DNA of 64,000 nt from an uncultured Actinomycetes bacterium (GCA_963755025.1 CAVWIH010000019.1:51469-115468); one strand, 5' to 3'; shown: positions 40,355-52,232, numbered from the stretch's first letter. The notes: generated by a model from the sequence alone, not told the origin. Made by a program: numbers and translations.

Positions 40355-41382
40355 TCACTGTCCATGACTGTCGCCACGCTGCCTCTCCTTGTCGTGCGAT
40401 GCCGGCCCGCGGCGCGGGTCCGGCTCGGGTGATGTCGTGTACGTCGTCGCGGCCTGCGCCGCCGCGCCGATCGCTACGTTGTCGAGCAGCCGGGTGCTCG
40501 CCGAGCCGCACGGCGGCCACGATGAGGTCGTCGGGGCGCAGGGCGTCGGGGCGCCGCCGGGCGTCGGTCTGGCGCGCATCGTCGGACAGGCGCGCATCTT
40601 CGGCCGTGGCGCCGCCGACCGCCGTGAAGCTGTCGGGGTCGACGACAGCGACGTAGTCGATCGCCAAGCCGGCGGCCTGTAGCTCGTCGGTGACCCTGGC
40701 CACGACGGCGGCGGCGCCGTCGGCCGCGACCGCGCGGCCGGCGGTCAGGGCGCGGTGCAGCCCGGCCGCCTCGGCGCGCTGCGCCGCGCTCAGGTAGGCG
40801 TTGCGCGAGCTGCGGGCGAGGCCGTCGGGCTCGCGCACCGTGTCGACCGCCGCGATCTCGACCGGCAGGTCGAGGTCGGCGACCAGGCGCCGCACGACGG
40901 CGAGCTGCTGGGCGTCTTTGCGCCCGAAGTAGGCGCGGTCGGGGGCGACGATCGTGAACAGCTTGGTCACGATCGTGGCCACGCCGTCGAAGTGGCCGGG
41001 CCGCTCCGCCGCCTCGTAGCCCACGGCCGGCGGACCTTCGACGTGCACGGTCGTGGCGGCGCCCGGCAGGTACATCTCGGCGACCGGCGGGGCGAAGACG
41101 AGCGTCGCGCCGGCGCCTGCGGCCAGCGCCACATCGCGGGCTTCGTCGCGCGGGTAGCGCGCGAGGTCGTCGCTGGGGCCGAACTGCGTGGGGTTCACGA
41201 AGATCGACACCACGACGGTGGCGCACTCGCGCGCGGCCGCCGCTATGAGGGCCAGATGGCCGTCGTGCAGCGCCCCCATGGTCGGCACCAGGCCGAGCGG
41301 GCGCTCGCCGGCGGCCACGGCCGCGCGCGTCTCGGCGACCGTGCGCACGACGGCCGTCGGTGACGTGGCGCGCGGCGCTCAC
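40355..41382 (-). CDS. panC: Pantoate-beta-alanine ligase (frameshifted)
   Basis: VPTMGALHDGH, SIFVNPTQF, RPGHFDGV, FGRKDAQQ, REPDGLARSSRN, TRLLDN. Confidence 0.94.
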
Positions 41383-42270
41383 AGGCGTCCCTCGGGGCGG
41401 TCGAGCAGCTCGCGCAGCGTGCGCACCGTGTCGTCGTCGAGCCGCGGCGCGGCCAGGTGCAGCGCCTGGAGCGAGAGCGAGCGGTAGGTGTCGGCAAAGC
41501 GCGGCGCCTGCTCGGCGAGCAGCGCCAGGTGGGCGCGCACGGTGCCGACGTCGCCGCGCGCCACCGGGCCGGTCAGCGCCTGCGACGGTCCGCGCGCGGC
41601 GACGTTGGCGGCGGTGGTGGCCACGAGCGGTCCGAGCAGGCGGGCGGCGGCGGCGGGCGGCACGCCCGCCGCCGCCGCCATCAGCTCGCCAGCTTCGCTC
41701 TGCAGGGCCACGAAGAGGTTGCTCGCCGCCGCGGCGGCGAGGTGGTAGAGGGGCTTGGCTTCGTCGGCCAGCGCGAAGGGACGGCAGCCGAGGCGTTCGG
41801 CGAGCCAGATGCCGAGCTCGACGTCGGCCGGCGTGTCGCCGGTGACGGCCATCGGCACGCCGCGCAGCACGGTCTCGTCGCCCGGCGCGGCGAAGCTCTG
41901 CAGGGGGTGCAGCGAGAGGATGCCGGCCACGCCGCCGCGCAGCGGGGCGAGCAGGTCGAGCGAGCCCAGGCCGCTCGAGTGGATGGCGACGACCGGGCCG
42001 TTCGAGCGGCGTCGCGAGCGCCGCGGCGACGTCGTGGGCGACGGCCTCGATGCCGTCGTCGGGCACGGTGATCCAGACGACGTCGGCGCGCGCCACGGCG
42101 TCGGCCAGCGCGAGGCGGGGAGGGTCGGCTGCGGGGTCGAGTGGCACGGCCGGCGAGGCGACCACCGCGGACACGGCGATGCCGGCCTGCCTGAGCGACA
42201 CGACGAGCGTCGCGCCCAGGCGGCCCGGTCCGATCACACATACACGCAGCGCTTCGTCGTGGAAGCAAGG
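41379..42270 (-). CDS. Rossmann-like + DUF2520 oxidoreductase (PanG-type ketopantoate reductase candidate), frameshifted
   Basis: IGPGRLG, ITVPDD, HSSG, SLHPLQSF, KPLYHLAA..ASN, ALTGPVARGD; adjacent to panC. Start uncertain. Confidence 0.85.
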
Positions 42271-42411
42271 CGTCGGCTCCTTGGCTGCAGTCCCCCCGTG
42301 GCGGGCGGTACCGCGCCGGCCTAACGTCCCGGCGCACTTTCATGCGGTCGTCCTCGTCTCCGGCCCCTGGGGCTCGAAGCGAGGACGTCGGGCAAATCAT
42401 CCAGCATGTGG

Positions 42412-42427
42412 GCGATTGCACAATCGC
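42412..42427. promoter_or_regulatory. Perfect palindrome GCGATTG-CA-CAATCGC, candidate operator
   Basis: 7-bp inverted repeat in a relatively AT-rich divergent intergenic region. Confidence 0.45.
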
Positions 42428-42573
42428 AAGCTTAGGGGCAGGTGCCCGGCACCGTCAATTCTGCCGTAGGGACCGCGTGGACAAACGTGCGCGGCCGGGC
42501 TGGACGCGAGTGGCTGGCGCGGCCGGCGGAGCTGGCCACTTGACGCAGCCGCTTCCTCTGATGGAATGGGACC

Positions 42574-43533
42574 ATGAACGGATCCACGATCGGCACAGGA
42601 GCCGCGGCCGGCAGCGAGCCCGACGACGGCCTTCGAGGCCTACGGGCGCTCGATCTCGCCGGGCTGAGTCCCGAAGGCCTGTTCACTCTCCCAAGCACCA
42701 TGCTCGTCGCCGGCTGGCTGCTTGTGTACCTTGCGCTGTCGGTCGCGTCGCCGAACTGGGTCGACCGCGGCTGGATCGGCCTCTTGGCGGTCTCCTGGAC
42801 CCCGGCGTTGGTGGTGGAGTGGCTCTTGCTTAAACCGCGGCAGGGCTCCTGGACGTCGCGACCCTCGAGGTCGAGCGCGGTCGGGTTGGCGTCGACTGGC
42901 GCGCTCGTGGTGCTCTGGATCGTGCTGGGTGTGGGCATCGGGCGCGCCTTCGTGCCTCCCGGCTTCACCGGCGACGCCAGTTCCTACGACATCGCGTTCG
43001 CGGTCGTCGCGGGCGCGGCAGGCAGCTACTATGCGGGCGCCTTGGCGTGGCCGCGCAGGTGGTACATGGCCGGCGCGGTAGCGTCGCTGCTGTTCGCCGC
43101 GCTGTTCGCCCTGTTCGGCACGTGGATCGCGGTGCCGTTGGTCGCGGTCGGCGTCGTCGTCTTCGCTCTCGGAGTGCGACGCATCGTACGGGTGGTCCGC
43201 GCCACGCCTCGAGCGCGCGCGCCGCGTGCCGGAAGCGAATGGCAACCCGCCAGCGCGAGTGGCTCTGGCACAACGAGCAGCGACGCCTTTCGCGACATCA
43301 TGGCGAGCCTGTACCTCGTCGGCACCGCTGACGACGTGTACCTCGCGCGCAAGACAGGCTTGAGCTGGCCCGACCTCTGTCGCCACCTGTACTGGCTCGA
43401 AGGGTGGGGGTACCTGGCGGCGAACTCGGGGTATCGGAGTGGCAGGTTGCGAGTATCTGGCGTGCGTCTGACGCCGTGGGGTCGCGGCGAGTTCGCCGCC
43501 TCGCTCGAGCAAGCCGGGGTCGGAGCGGCGTAG
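42574..43533 (+). CDS. Polytopic membrane protein fused to a C-terminal winged-helix (MarR/ArsR-like) domain
   Basis: About 6 hydrophobic helices, then IMASLYLVGTAD..YLARKTGLS..DLCRHL..LEGWGYL...VRLTPWGRGEF. Confidence 0.7.
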   Translation: MNGSTIGTGAAAGSEPDDGLRGLRALDLAGLSPEGLFTLPSTMLVAGWLLVYLALSVASPNWVDRGWIGLLAVSWTPALVVEWLLLKPRQGSWTSRPSRSSAVGLASTGALVVLWIVLGVGIGRAFVPPGFTGDASSYDIAFAVVAGAAGSYYAGALAWPRRWYMAGAVASLLFAALFALFGTWIAVPLVAVGVVVFALGVRRIVRVVRATPRARAPRAGSEWQPASASGSGTTSSDAFRDIMASLYLVGTADDVYLARKTGLSWPDLCRHLYWLEGWGYLAANSGYRSGRLRVSGVRLTPWGRGEFAASLEQAGVGAA

Positions 43534-43654
43534 CCGCTTCCGCGAGCGCGGTCGCTGCGCCGCGCCACCGCAGCTCGCGGAAGCAGCCCTCGGAAAGACC
43601 ATCGCTCCGCCCCCGATCAGCCGCCGCCTCGAGGCTCGGTGGTACACTGTCGCC

Positions 43655-43870
43655 ATGCCTATCTACGAGTTCATCTGCGAGCATTGCGAGCTGCGCTTCG
43701 AAGAGCTCGTGCGCAACGGCGACAAGCCGAAGTGCCCCGAGTGCTCCACCAACGACGTCCGCCGCATGCTCTCGAGCTTCGCCGTCCACTCCACATCGGC
43801 CAACCTCGGCGGCGGCGGGAGCAAGAACTGCGCGTCGTGTGGGGGCTCCTCCTGTGGCACCTGCCACTGA
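43655..43870 (+). CDS. FmdB-family zinc ribbon protein
   Basis: MPIYEFICEHC...CPEC...RMLSSF, tail CASCGGSSCGTCH. Confidence 0.9.
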   Translation: MPIYEFICEHCELRFEELVRNGDKPKCPECSTNDVRRMLSSFAVHSTSANLGGGGSKNCASCGGSSCGTCH

Positions 43871-44663
43871 CGACCCGGTCGTAGCCGAGCTCGAGCGGCT
43901 GCGGCGCCGAAGCCGAGACCTGCGAGAAGTGCCTGCTCGTCGGCCACGCGCACCCGCGTGGTGTTCGGCGAGGGCGACCCGCACAGCGACCTCATGTTCG
44001 TCGGCGAGGCGCCCGGCTACCACGAAGACCAGCAGGGCCGGCCCTTCGTCGGCCAGGCCGGCAAGCTCCTCGAGCAGCTCCTGCAGACCATCGGCCTGTC
44101 GCGCGAGCAGGTCTACATCGCCAACGTGCTCAAGTCGCGCCCGCCCAACAACCGCGACCCCAAGCCCGAAGAGATCGCCGCCTGCGAGCCCTACCTCGTG
44201 CGCCAGGTCGAGATCATCGCGCCGCGCGTCGTGTGCACGCTGGGCAACTTCGCCACCAAGCTGCTGTCGGGCAGCCAGACCGGCATCACCCGCGTGCACG
44301 GCATCCCACAGCGCACGCACGTGGGCGGCCGCGACCTCTACCTCTACCCGATCTTCCATCCGGCGGCCGCCCTCTACACGCCTGCCATGCTCGAGACGCT
44401 CAAGCAGGACGTGCTGCGGCTGCCCGAGGTGCTCGGCCTGCCGCTCGACGGCGACGCCCTCGAGCGGCGGTGCCGCCGACGGGCCGGTCGCGCCGCGCGA
44501 CGATCCGCCGGCAAGCCGTCCGGTCGTGTTGCCGACGCTGGTGTCAGAGCCTGAGCCGGCGACGCCCGAGCCCGAGTCTGCGCCGCCGCAGCCCGAGTCC
44601 GCGCCGCCGCTCCCGCCGCCGGCGACGCCCAGCGGCCCGGCCGAACAGCTCGGCCTCTTCTGA
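43854..44663 (+). CDS. Uracil-DNA glycosylase family 4 (frameshifted)
   Basis: CEKC, VVFGEG, FVGEAPG, GRPFVG, NVLKSRPPNNRDP, IFHPAA; ends QLGLF. Confidence 0.92.
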   Translation: MAPATDDPVVAELERLRRRSRDLREVPARRPRAPAWCSARATRTATSCSSARRPATTKTSRAGPSSARPASSSSSSCRPSACRASRSTSPTCSSRARPTTATPSPKRSPPASPTSCARSRSSRRASCARWATSPPSCCRAARPASPACTASHSARTWAAATSTSTRSSIRRPPSTRLPCSRRSSRTCCGCPRCSACRSTATPSSGGAADGPVAPRDDPPASRPVVLPTLVSEPEPATPEPESAPPQPESAPPLPPPATPSGPAEQLGLF

Positions 44664-44667
44664 GGGC

Positions 44668-45165
44668 ATGCTCACGGCCACGCTCACTTCGCCGGAGGCG
44701 ACCGGCAGGTTTGCGCGCCTGTTCGCCGCCCGGCTCGCGCCGCCCGCCCTGGTGACCCTGCGCGGCGAGCTCGGCACCGGCAAGACCACCCTGGTGCGCG
44801 ACGTCCTGCACGCGCTCGGCGTCGAGGGCGTGGTCGCCAGCCCGTCGTTCACGCTCGCGCAGAGCTACGAAGGCGCCGGCTCCCTGCGCCTGCACCACCT
44901 CGATCTCTACCGACTGGGACCTGGCGCCGACGTGACCCTGTTCGCCTGGGAGGACTACCTCGACGGCTCCTCGCTGACCTTCGTGGAGTGGCCCGAGGCG
45001 GGCGCGGCGGAGCTGCCGCCCGCCGACGTCGACGTCGCGCTCACGCATCGCACGCCCGACAGTCGCGGCCTCGAGCTGCGCGCCGCCCCCGCGCTCGAGG
45101 CGGCGCTCGCCGCCGAGATGCCGGCGGCCGGCATCGACGACGTGCTGTGCCGGGCCGGCACGTGA
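44668..45165 (+). CDS. tsaE: t6A biosynthesis ATPase
   Basis: GELGTGKTT, SPSFTL, HLDLYRL, VEW. Confidence 0.94.
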   Translation: MLTATLTSPEATGRFARLFAARLAPPALVTLRGELGTGKTTLVRDVLHALGVEGVVASPSFTLAQSYEGAGSLRLHHLDLYRLGPGADVTLFAWEDYLDGSSLTFVEWPEAGAAELPPADVDVALTHRTPDSRGLELRAAPALEAALAAEMPAAGIDDVLCRAGT

Positions 45166-45945
45166 TCCTCGCCGTCGAGACCTCGAGCGCGGCGGCCACG
45201 GCCGCCGTCGTCGCGGCCGACGGCGCCGCCCTCGGCGAGTCGGCCCCCAGCACGGGCGCGCAGCAGGCGCGGCGGCTGCTGGAGTGCGTGCACGAGGCCC
45301 TCACCGCGGCCGGCGCCACGCTCGCCGACGTCGAGACCGTCGTCTGCGGCCTGGGCCCGGGCACGTTCACCGGCTTGCGCATAGGCGTAGCCACGGCGCG
45401 CGCCCTGGCGCAGGCCGCCGGCCTGCCGGTGGCTGGCGTGCCCAGCCTCGAGGCGCTCGCCCGCGGCCTCGCCGCAGGCGCGGCGGCCGCGAGCGCCACG
45501 CACCTCGTGCCCCTGATCGACGGCCGCCGCGGCGAGGTCTTCGCGGCCGTCTACCGGCGCACGGTGCGGCCCGTCGAAGCGCCGTGGCCCGAGCTCGAGC
45601 TGCTCGTGCCGCTCACCGTGGTGCGCGTCGACGAGCTGTCGGCGTTTCTCTCCCGCTACCCCGGCGCGGTGGTGGGCGGCGACGGCGCGCTGCTGCACGC
45701 CGACCGGCTGCCGCCGGCCGTCGTGCTCGAGCGCGCCGTCGCCGCCCCGAGCGCCTACATGGTCGCCCGCACGTTCCTGGCCGGCTCGCCGGCGCTCACG
45801 CGCGGCTTCGCCGACACGCTGCCCATCTACGGCCGCGAGCCCGACGCCGTGCCGCGCAAGCAGGCGCCGCGGTGCGCCGCAGGCCGCCGCGCCATCGTCC
45901 ACCGACCGCGGCGCTCCGCCGCCGACCGAGGAGCCGCGCCGATGA
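45162..45945 (+). CDS. tsaB: t6A biosynthesis protein TsaB (appears in frame with rimI, probably through an indel)
   Basis: ILAVETS, GPGTFTGLRIG, SLEALA, IDGRRGEVF, PIYGREPDA. Confidence 0.9.
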
Positions 45946-46430
45946 TCGATTCGCTGCCCGACCGTCCGACCGCCGGCGCGACCGTCATCAGGCGGCTGCT
46001 GCCGGCCGACCTCGCGGCGATCGTCGCCATCGAGAACGACACCTTCACCCTGCCATGGCACCCCAACGTCTTCGCCCAGATGCTCGTCAAGCCCGAGGCG
46101 CTCTGCCTGGGCTGCCTGGTCGGCGGGCGCCTGGTCGGGTACCTCATCGCCGACATGTTCGTCGACGTCTGGCACGTCATGAACCTGGCGGTGAGCGCCT
46201 CGCAGCGCCGCAATCACATCGCTTCCGACCTGCTCGAGCACTACTTCGAGGTCACCGACGACGAGCCGCACCGCGGCCACACGCTCGAGGTGCGCGTGTC
46301 CAACGAGGCGGCCATCGAGCTCTACCGCAGCTACGGGTTCGTGGCCACCGGCGTGCGCCGCGGCTACTACTCCGACAACCGCGAGGACGCCCTCATCATG
46401 TGGAAAGAGTGGGACGGCGAGTCGGCGTGA
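45942..46430 (+). CDS. rimI: Ribosomal protein S18 alanine N-acetyltransferase
   Basis: GAGGAG RBS; PW, HVMNLAV, TLEVRVSN..AI.LY...GF...RRGYY..N.EDA..M. Confidence 0.92.
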   Translation: MIDSLPDRPTAGATVIRRLLPADLAAIVAIENDTFTLPWHPNVFAQMLVKPEALCLGCLVGGRLVGYLIADMFVDVWHVMNLAVSASQRRNHIASDLLEHYFEVTDDEPHRGHTLEVRVSNEAAIELYRSYGFVATGVRRGYYSDNREDALIMWKEWDGESA

Positions 46431-47460
46431 CCCTGCTGCTCTGCATCGAGACCTCGTGCGACGACACGAGCGCGGCGGTCGTCGACACCGCGGGCTCCGA
46501 CGGCGCCGCGGTCATCCGCTCGTCGATCGTCTCGTCGCAGCACGAGTTCCACGCCCCTTCGGCGGCGTCGTGCCCGAGGTCGCGTCGCGGCGCCACACCG
46601 AGCTGCTGGTCGGCGCGGTCGCCGACGCCCTGGACGAAGCCGGCGTCGGCTGGGACGACCTCGAGGGCGTCGCCGTGACCACCGGCCCCGGCCTGATCGG
46701 CGCGCTGCTCGTGGGCCTGGCCGCCGCCAAGGCGCTGGCCTACGCCCGGCGCCTGCCGCTCACGCCGGTCGACCACCTGCAGGGCCACCTGGCGGCCGCC
46801 TACGCCCTCGGCGTCGAGGCGCCGTTCGTCTGCCTGACGGCCAGCGGCGGCCACACCATGCTCGCCGTGGTCGAGCGCGGCGTCGAGTTTCGCGTGGTCG
46901 GCCGCACGCTCGACGACGCCGCCGGCGAGGCCTTCGACAAAGGCGCGCGGCTGCTCGGCCTGCCGTACCCGGGAGGCCGCGAGCTCGATCAGCTGGCGGC
47001 CGCCGGCGACCCGGCGCTGGTGACGTTCCCGCGCAGCCTGCCGCAGGGCCTCGACTTCAGCTTCAGCGGGTTGAAGACGGCGCTGCTCTACTACCTGCGC
47101 GAGCACGAGGCGCAGGCCGGCTTTGCGGCGCGCCGCGCCGGCGTGGCCGCCTCGTACCAGGAGGCCATCGTCGACCAGCTCGTCACCAAGACGGTGCGGT
47201 GCGCCGAGCACGAGGGCCTGCGCCGGGTCGCGGTGGGCGGCGGCGTGGCCGCGAACTCGCGGCTGCGCCGCCGCCTCTCCGACGCCTGCGAGCAGCGCGG
47301 CCTGACCGCCTTCGTGCCGCCCGTCGCGCTGTGCACCGACAACGCCGCCATGGTCGGCCTGGCGGCGCGCCACCTCGCGGCCGTGCCCTGGCCGCGCTAC
47401 CTCGGCCTCGACGCCTACGCCTCGGAGCCCGCGCTGAACGCCCTGCGGGGGCGGCGTTAG
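46427..47460 (+). CDS. tsaD: t6A synthase (frameshift near 46555)
   Basis: IETSCDDT, GGVVPEVASRRH, GPGLIGAL, HLQGH, SGGHT, DDAAGEAFDK, FSFSGLKT, CTDNAAM. Confidence 0.96.
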
Positions 47461-47555
47461 CCGCGGCCGTCGGTCCACCGCCTCAAACGGGTAAGACTAC
47501 GGGCATCGACCGCGGCAGGACGGCCCTGTCCGGGACAGGAGCTTGACGGCACGAG

Positions 47556-49325
47556 ATGAAGACAGACGTCACACCCGGCGACACCCCGGTCGCAGCGGCG
47601 CCCCAAGCGACGGCTGCCAGGGGCGCGCTGCCCCGGGCGGCGCCGGCCAAGGCGCCGGCTCGCCGGCGCCCGCCGATCGCCGCCGACCAGTTCGTGTCGT
47701 GCCTCGAGAACGAGGGCGTCGAGTACGTCTTCGGCATTCCCGGCGAGGAGACGCTCGACATAAACGAGGCGCTCGATCGCTCCGGCCAGATCACCTTCGT
47801 GCCCACGCGCCACGAACAGGGCGCCGCCTTCATGGCCGAAGCCTACGGGCGCCTCACCGGCAAGGCCGGCGTGTGCCTGGCGACGCTGGGCCCGGGGGCG
47901 ACCAACCTGGCCACCGGCATCGCCGACGCCAACTTGGACCACGCTCCGGTCGTGGCGATCACCGGTCAGGTCGACCTGTCGGGCATGCACAAGGAGACCC
48001 ACCAGTTCATCGACATCGTCGAGATGATGCAGCCCATGACCAAGTGGAACGCCCGGGTCCACGACCCGCGCACGGTCGCCGAGGCGGTGCGCAAGGCGTT
48101 CGCCGTGGCCACCGCCGAAAAGCCGGGGGCGACGCACCTCGAGCTGCCCGCCGACGTGATGGCGAGCCCCGCGGCCGGCGGGCGCTGCCTGCAGCGCACG
48201 CCGCAGCCGGTGAGCGAGCCCGACGACGTCGGCCCTGCGCGCTGACGGCCGACCTCATCCGGGCGGCGCGCCGGCCCGTGCTGCTCGCGGGCCACGGGGT
48301 CGTGCGCCAGGGAGCGGCGCCGGCGCTGCGCGAGCTCTGCCGGCAAGACCGGCCTGCACGTGATCACGACCTTCATGGGCAAGGGCGTGCTCGACGCCGA
48401 CGACGAGCACTTCCTGTTCACCGCCGGCCTGAACGCGCAGAACTACCCGGCCGGCTTCTTCGGGCGCGCCGACCTCGTGATCTGCGTGGGGTACGACATG
48501 GTCGAGTGGGCGCCGTCGGCCTGGAACCCGGCCGGCGACCGGCGCATCATCTGCATCGACACGGTGACCCCCGAGATCGACGCCCACTACGTGCCCGAGG
48601 TCGAGCTCGTCGGCGACCTCACCCACATCATCGCGCAGCTCGGCTTTCTGCTGGCCGCCGAGCCTCCGACCGCCCTCGAGGTGCCGCCCTACCACCGCGC
48701 CTTCGAGGTGGCCCTGGACGTGGGCGACGACGACGATGCGCCGGTCAAGCCGCAGCGCGTGCTGCGCGACCTGCGCGAGCTCATGGCCACCGACGACATC
48801 CTCGTGAGCGATGTCGGCGCCCACAAGCTCTGGGTGGCGCGCTTCTGGGAGGCGCGCGAGCCCAAGACGGTGCTCATCTCCAACGGCTTCGCGGCGATGG
48901 GCTTCGGCCTGCCGGCCGCCATCGCCGCCGCGCTCACGGTGCGCGGCGCGCGCAAGGTCGTGGCCATCGTCGGCGACGGCGGCTTTCTCATGAACGTCGG
49001 CGAGCTCGAGACCGCCAAGCGACTGGGCAACCCCCTCGTCGTGCTCGTCTGGACCGACGGCAGCTACGGCCTGATCGAGATGCACCAGCGCCGCCAGTTC
49101 GGCCACGTCTCCGGCACGCGCTTCGGCAACCCCGACTTCGTGGCGCTCGCCCAGGCCTTCGGCCTGGAGGGCTTTCGGGTGGAGCGCGCCGGCGAGCTCA
49201 CGCCGGTGCTGCGCCGGGCCTTCGCCGCCAGCGGCCCGGTGATCGTCGAGGTGCCCATCGACTACCGCGAGAACGACAAGCTGGGCATCGACCTCTGGCA
49301 GCTCGCCCCCGGGCTGCGCGGCTAG
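47556..49325 (+). CDS. Acetolactate synthase large subunit-like ThDP enzyme (frameshifted)
   Basis: FGIPGEE, TRHEQGAAFMA, TLGPGATN, DVGAHK, SNGFAAMGFG, GDGGFLMN. Confidence 0.92.
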
Positions 49326-49538
49326 CAGCAGCGGGGGCCTGCTCCCGGGCAGCGCGGCTAGCCAGGACCGCTCGCGCCGCCGCTCCGCTCGCCGCCGGGC
49401 GTCGTCGGCGCCGACACCGTGGGTCCCGCAGACGCCGCCCCTTTGCGCCGCGCCCCACAGTTTGTAGACTGCAGGGCAGGAGGCTGAAGGGGGGTTCCTC
49501 TCCCGACGCCCGACCGGAAATGCAACTGGGGGGTTCGC

Positions 49539-51435
49539 ATGTCCGACGTAGGCACCTTCTTCACCGACCCCGCGCTCAAGCGTGTGCGCATGCGGGTGTT
49601 CACCGTCGTGGTGGTGGTCTTCACGCTGGTGTGCTCGGGCTCGTTCGGCATGGAGGATGTGGTCTCGGGCTCGGGCCCCGGCTTCACCATCCTCATGATC
49701 TGCCTGCTGCCGTTCCTCTGGAGCGTGCCCATGGCGTTCATCGCCTCGGAGCTCGGCTCGGCGATACCCGAAGAGGGCGGCTTTGGGCGCTGGTGCCGGC
49801 GCGGCCTGGGCGAGTACTGGGGCTTCCAGACGAGCTGGTGGTGGACGATGTCGCTGTACGTCGACTCCGCCGTGTACATCACGCTCGCGCTCGGCTACAT
49901 CCAGAGCAAGTGGGGCTTCAGCGACAACTGGCGCTGGGTGTTCGGCATCGGCCTCGTCGCCTTCTTCACCTTCATCAACATCCGCGGCCTCGATCTGACC
50001 GGCAAGGCGCTCACCGTCATCCAGGTCATCGTCATGATGCCGTTCGTGGCGCTCGTGATCTGGGGCTTCGCCAAGGGCACGGGAAACCCGGTCTCGCCCT
50101 TCCTGCCGCCCCACATGGGCTTCTTCTCGGCGACGAAGCGGCGGCCTGGCCATCATGATGTGGATGTACTCCGGCTATGAGTCCATGTCGACCGCTGGCC
50201 GCCGAGGTCGAGAACCCGCAGCAGCTGATCCCGCGGGCCATCATGATCGCCATCCCGATCGTCATCGCCACCTACGCGCTGACGACCATGGCCGGCATCA
50301 GGGCGGCCGGCCAGGGCAACTGGGTCAACATGGTCTCCGACGCCAGCGCCGGCGGCTAGGCCTTGTCGACTTCGTCAGGGCCGGCCAGATCGTCGGCGGC
50401 GCCATGCTGATGTGGGCCATGTTCGCTTCGGCCATCGCCAGCAACCTCGGCCTGTACACGGGCTACCTGGCGAGCGGCTCGCGGCCCTCGTACCAGCTCT
50501 CGCGCGACCGCCTCTACCCGCGCTTCATGGGCAAGGCCCACAAGCGCTGGGGCACGCCCTGGATCGCCATCCTCATCATGGGCGTGCGTCGACGCCATCC
50601 TCGTCAAGGGCAGGTTCAGGCACGCTGATCGTGATCGACGTGTTCCTGCTCATGTTCAGCTACATCCCGATCTTCATCGCCGCCATCGTGCTGCGCGTGC
50701 GCGAGCCCAACATGCCGCGGCCCTTCCGCGTGCCGATCCCCACGTGGCTGCTCGGCGTTCTGGGTGTGCCCGCCGATCGCCATCGCCGTCTACGCGCTCT
50801 TCACCAACGGCAGCGACTACCTGGTCGGCGGCCTGGTCGGCGTGGTCAGCGGCCCGATCGCCTACCTGCTCGTGAAGCGGTTCTACCGCGGCACGGCCGA
50901 CGACGCCCTCGAGGGCTCGGTCGGCATGGCGGCCGTCTCCAGCGAGGCGCGGCGCGCGCACTTCGAGCTCTACGGCACGTGTCGCACCACGCTGGCGTCG
51001 TCGCCGGCGCCGTGGCCATCGGCTTGGCGCGTCTACATCCACAGCAGGCATCCGTGGGCCGTCGGCGGCGTCTGGCAGATCGGCGGCGTCGCGGTGAGCG
51101 CCCAGCGGCTGCTGCGCGCCATGGGCCTGCTCATGATCGTCGGCGGCCTCGTCGTGCTGCGCAGCCGGGCCATCGGCGGCATCCTGGTCGCCGCCGCCGT
51201 CGTGATCGCGCTCTGCCTGATCTACCGGCACGCCGACTTCCGCACGACCAACGTGCGGGTCTGGGCGGCGCCGATCGTGCTGGCCGTGCTCGCGTGCGGT
51301 GTTCGCCGGTCTGGCCCTCGAGGCAGGAGATCGTGCCCGTCGGACGCCGAGCCGGCCGCCGCGCGCCGGCTGGTGACTGCCGCGCGCCAGCTGGAGTCGC
51401 CGCCCTCGGTCGTCGGGAGCGCGCCGCTCGCCTGA
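49539..51435 (+). CDS. APC-family amino acid/polyamine permease (many frameshifts, extra C-terminal TM region)
   Basis: VCSGSFGME, SELGSAIPEEGG, MWMYSGYES, WGTPWIAI, LRVREPNMPRPFRVP. End uncertain. Confidence 0.85.
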
Positions 51436-51554
51436 GCTCGCCGCAGCGGCCCTGCCGCCCGGCGCGCCGGGGGTCCGCGGGTGCGGAGGCGCACGAACGC
51501 GCCTCCCGCACCCGCACCCGTGATCGCGCTGCAGGCGCGACCGGCCGCGGCGCC

Positions 51555-51994
51555 TCAGGCTTCGAGCAGGATCGTCACCGGGCCGTCGTTGACGAGCGAG
51601 ACGTGCATGTGGGCGCCGAACACGCCGGTCGCGACCTCGAGGCCGGCGGCGCGCAGCGCCGCCACGAAGGCCTCGTAGAGCTCCTCGCCCTGAGCCGGCG
51701 GGGCGGCGTCGGTGAAGCTCGGCCGGTTGCCGCGACGGGTGTCGGCGTAGAGGGTGAACTGCGACACCGCGAGCAGGGCGCCGCCGCTCTCGCCGATCGC
51801 CCGGTTCATGAGCCCGCGCTCGTCGTCGAAGACGCGCAGCTTGAGAGTCTTGGCGGCCAGGCGCGCGGCGCTCTCGGCTGAGTCTCGTCGTGGGTCACGC
51901 CGACCAGCGCCAGAAAGCCGCGCCCCACGGCCGCCACCTCGCGACCTTCGACGGTCACCGTGGCTCGTTCGACCCGCTGCAGCAGCACGCGCAT
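51555..51994 (-). CDS. dtd: D-aminoacyl-tRNA deacylase (frameshifted)
   Basis: [40 protein letters not shown]. Confidence 0.94.
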
Positions 51995-52188
51995 GGCGCC
52001 GATTGTACGGCGGTCGCCGGGCGCACGGCCAGCGTCGTCCGCCGTCGCGTCGCCGCCGCGGCGCGTCGTCGTGTGGCGGCCACTCTGCCGCGGCGCCGGG
52101 GTTACCTCGGTCTCGCCGACGAAGAAAGCCTGCTCAGAAGGGGAATGCTGGCACTCTCGACCGCTGGACGCCGGCCGATGGCCATCGT

Positions 52189-52217
52189 TTGACAAGTCCC
52201 GGTACGGGCCATACCAT
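52189..52217 (+). promoter_or_regulatory. groES promoter
   Basis: TTGACA, 17-nt spacer, TACCAT. Confidence 0.8.
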
Positions 52218-52232
52218 AACCACCCCAAACCA

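Noticed and set aside
39903-41348. PanC-YjbQ fusion ORF
   Set aside because: The PanC C-terminal motif TRLLDN lies in another frame from ~40500, so the fusion is a frameshift artefact.
44988-46430. TsaB-RimI fusion
   Set aside because: rimI has its own GAGGAG RBS and an ATGA overlap in the alternative frame at 45942-45945, so a linker indel explains the read-through. It cannot be fully excluded without reads.
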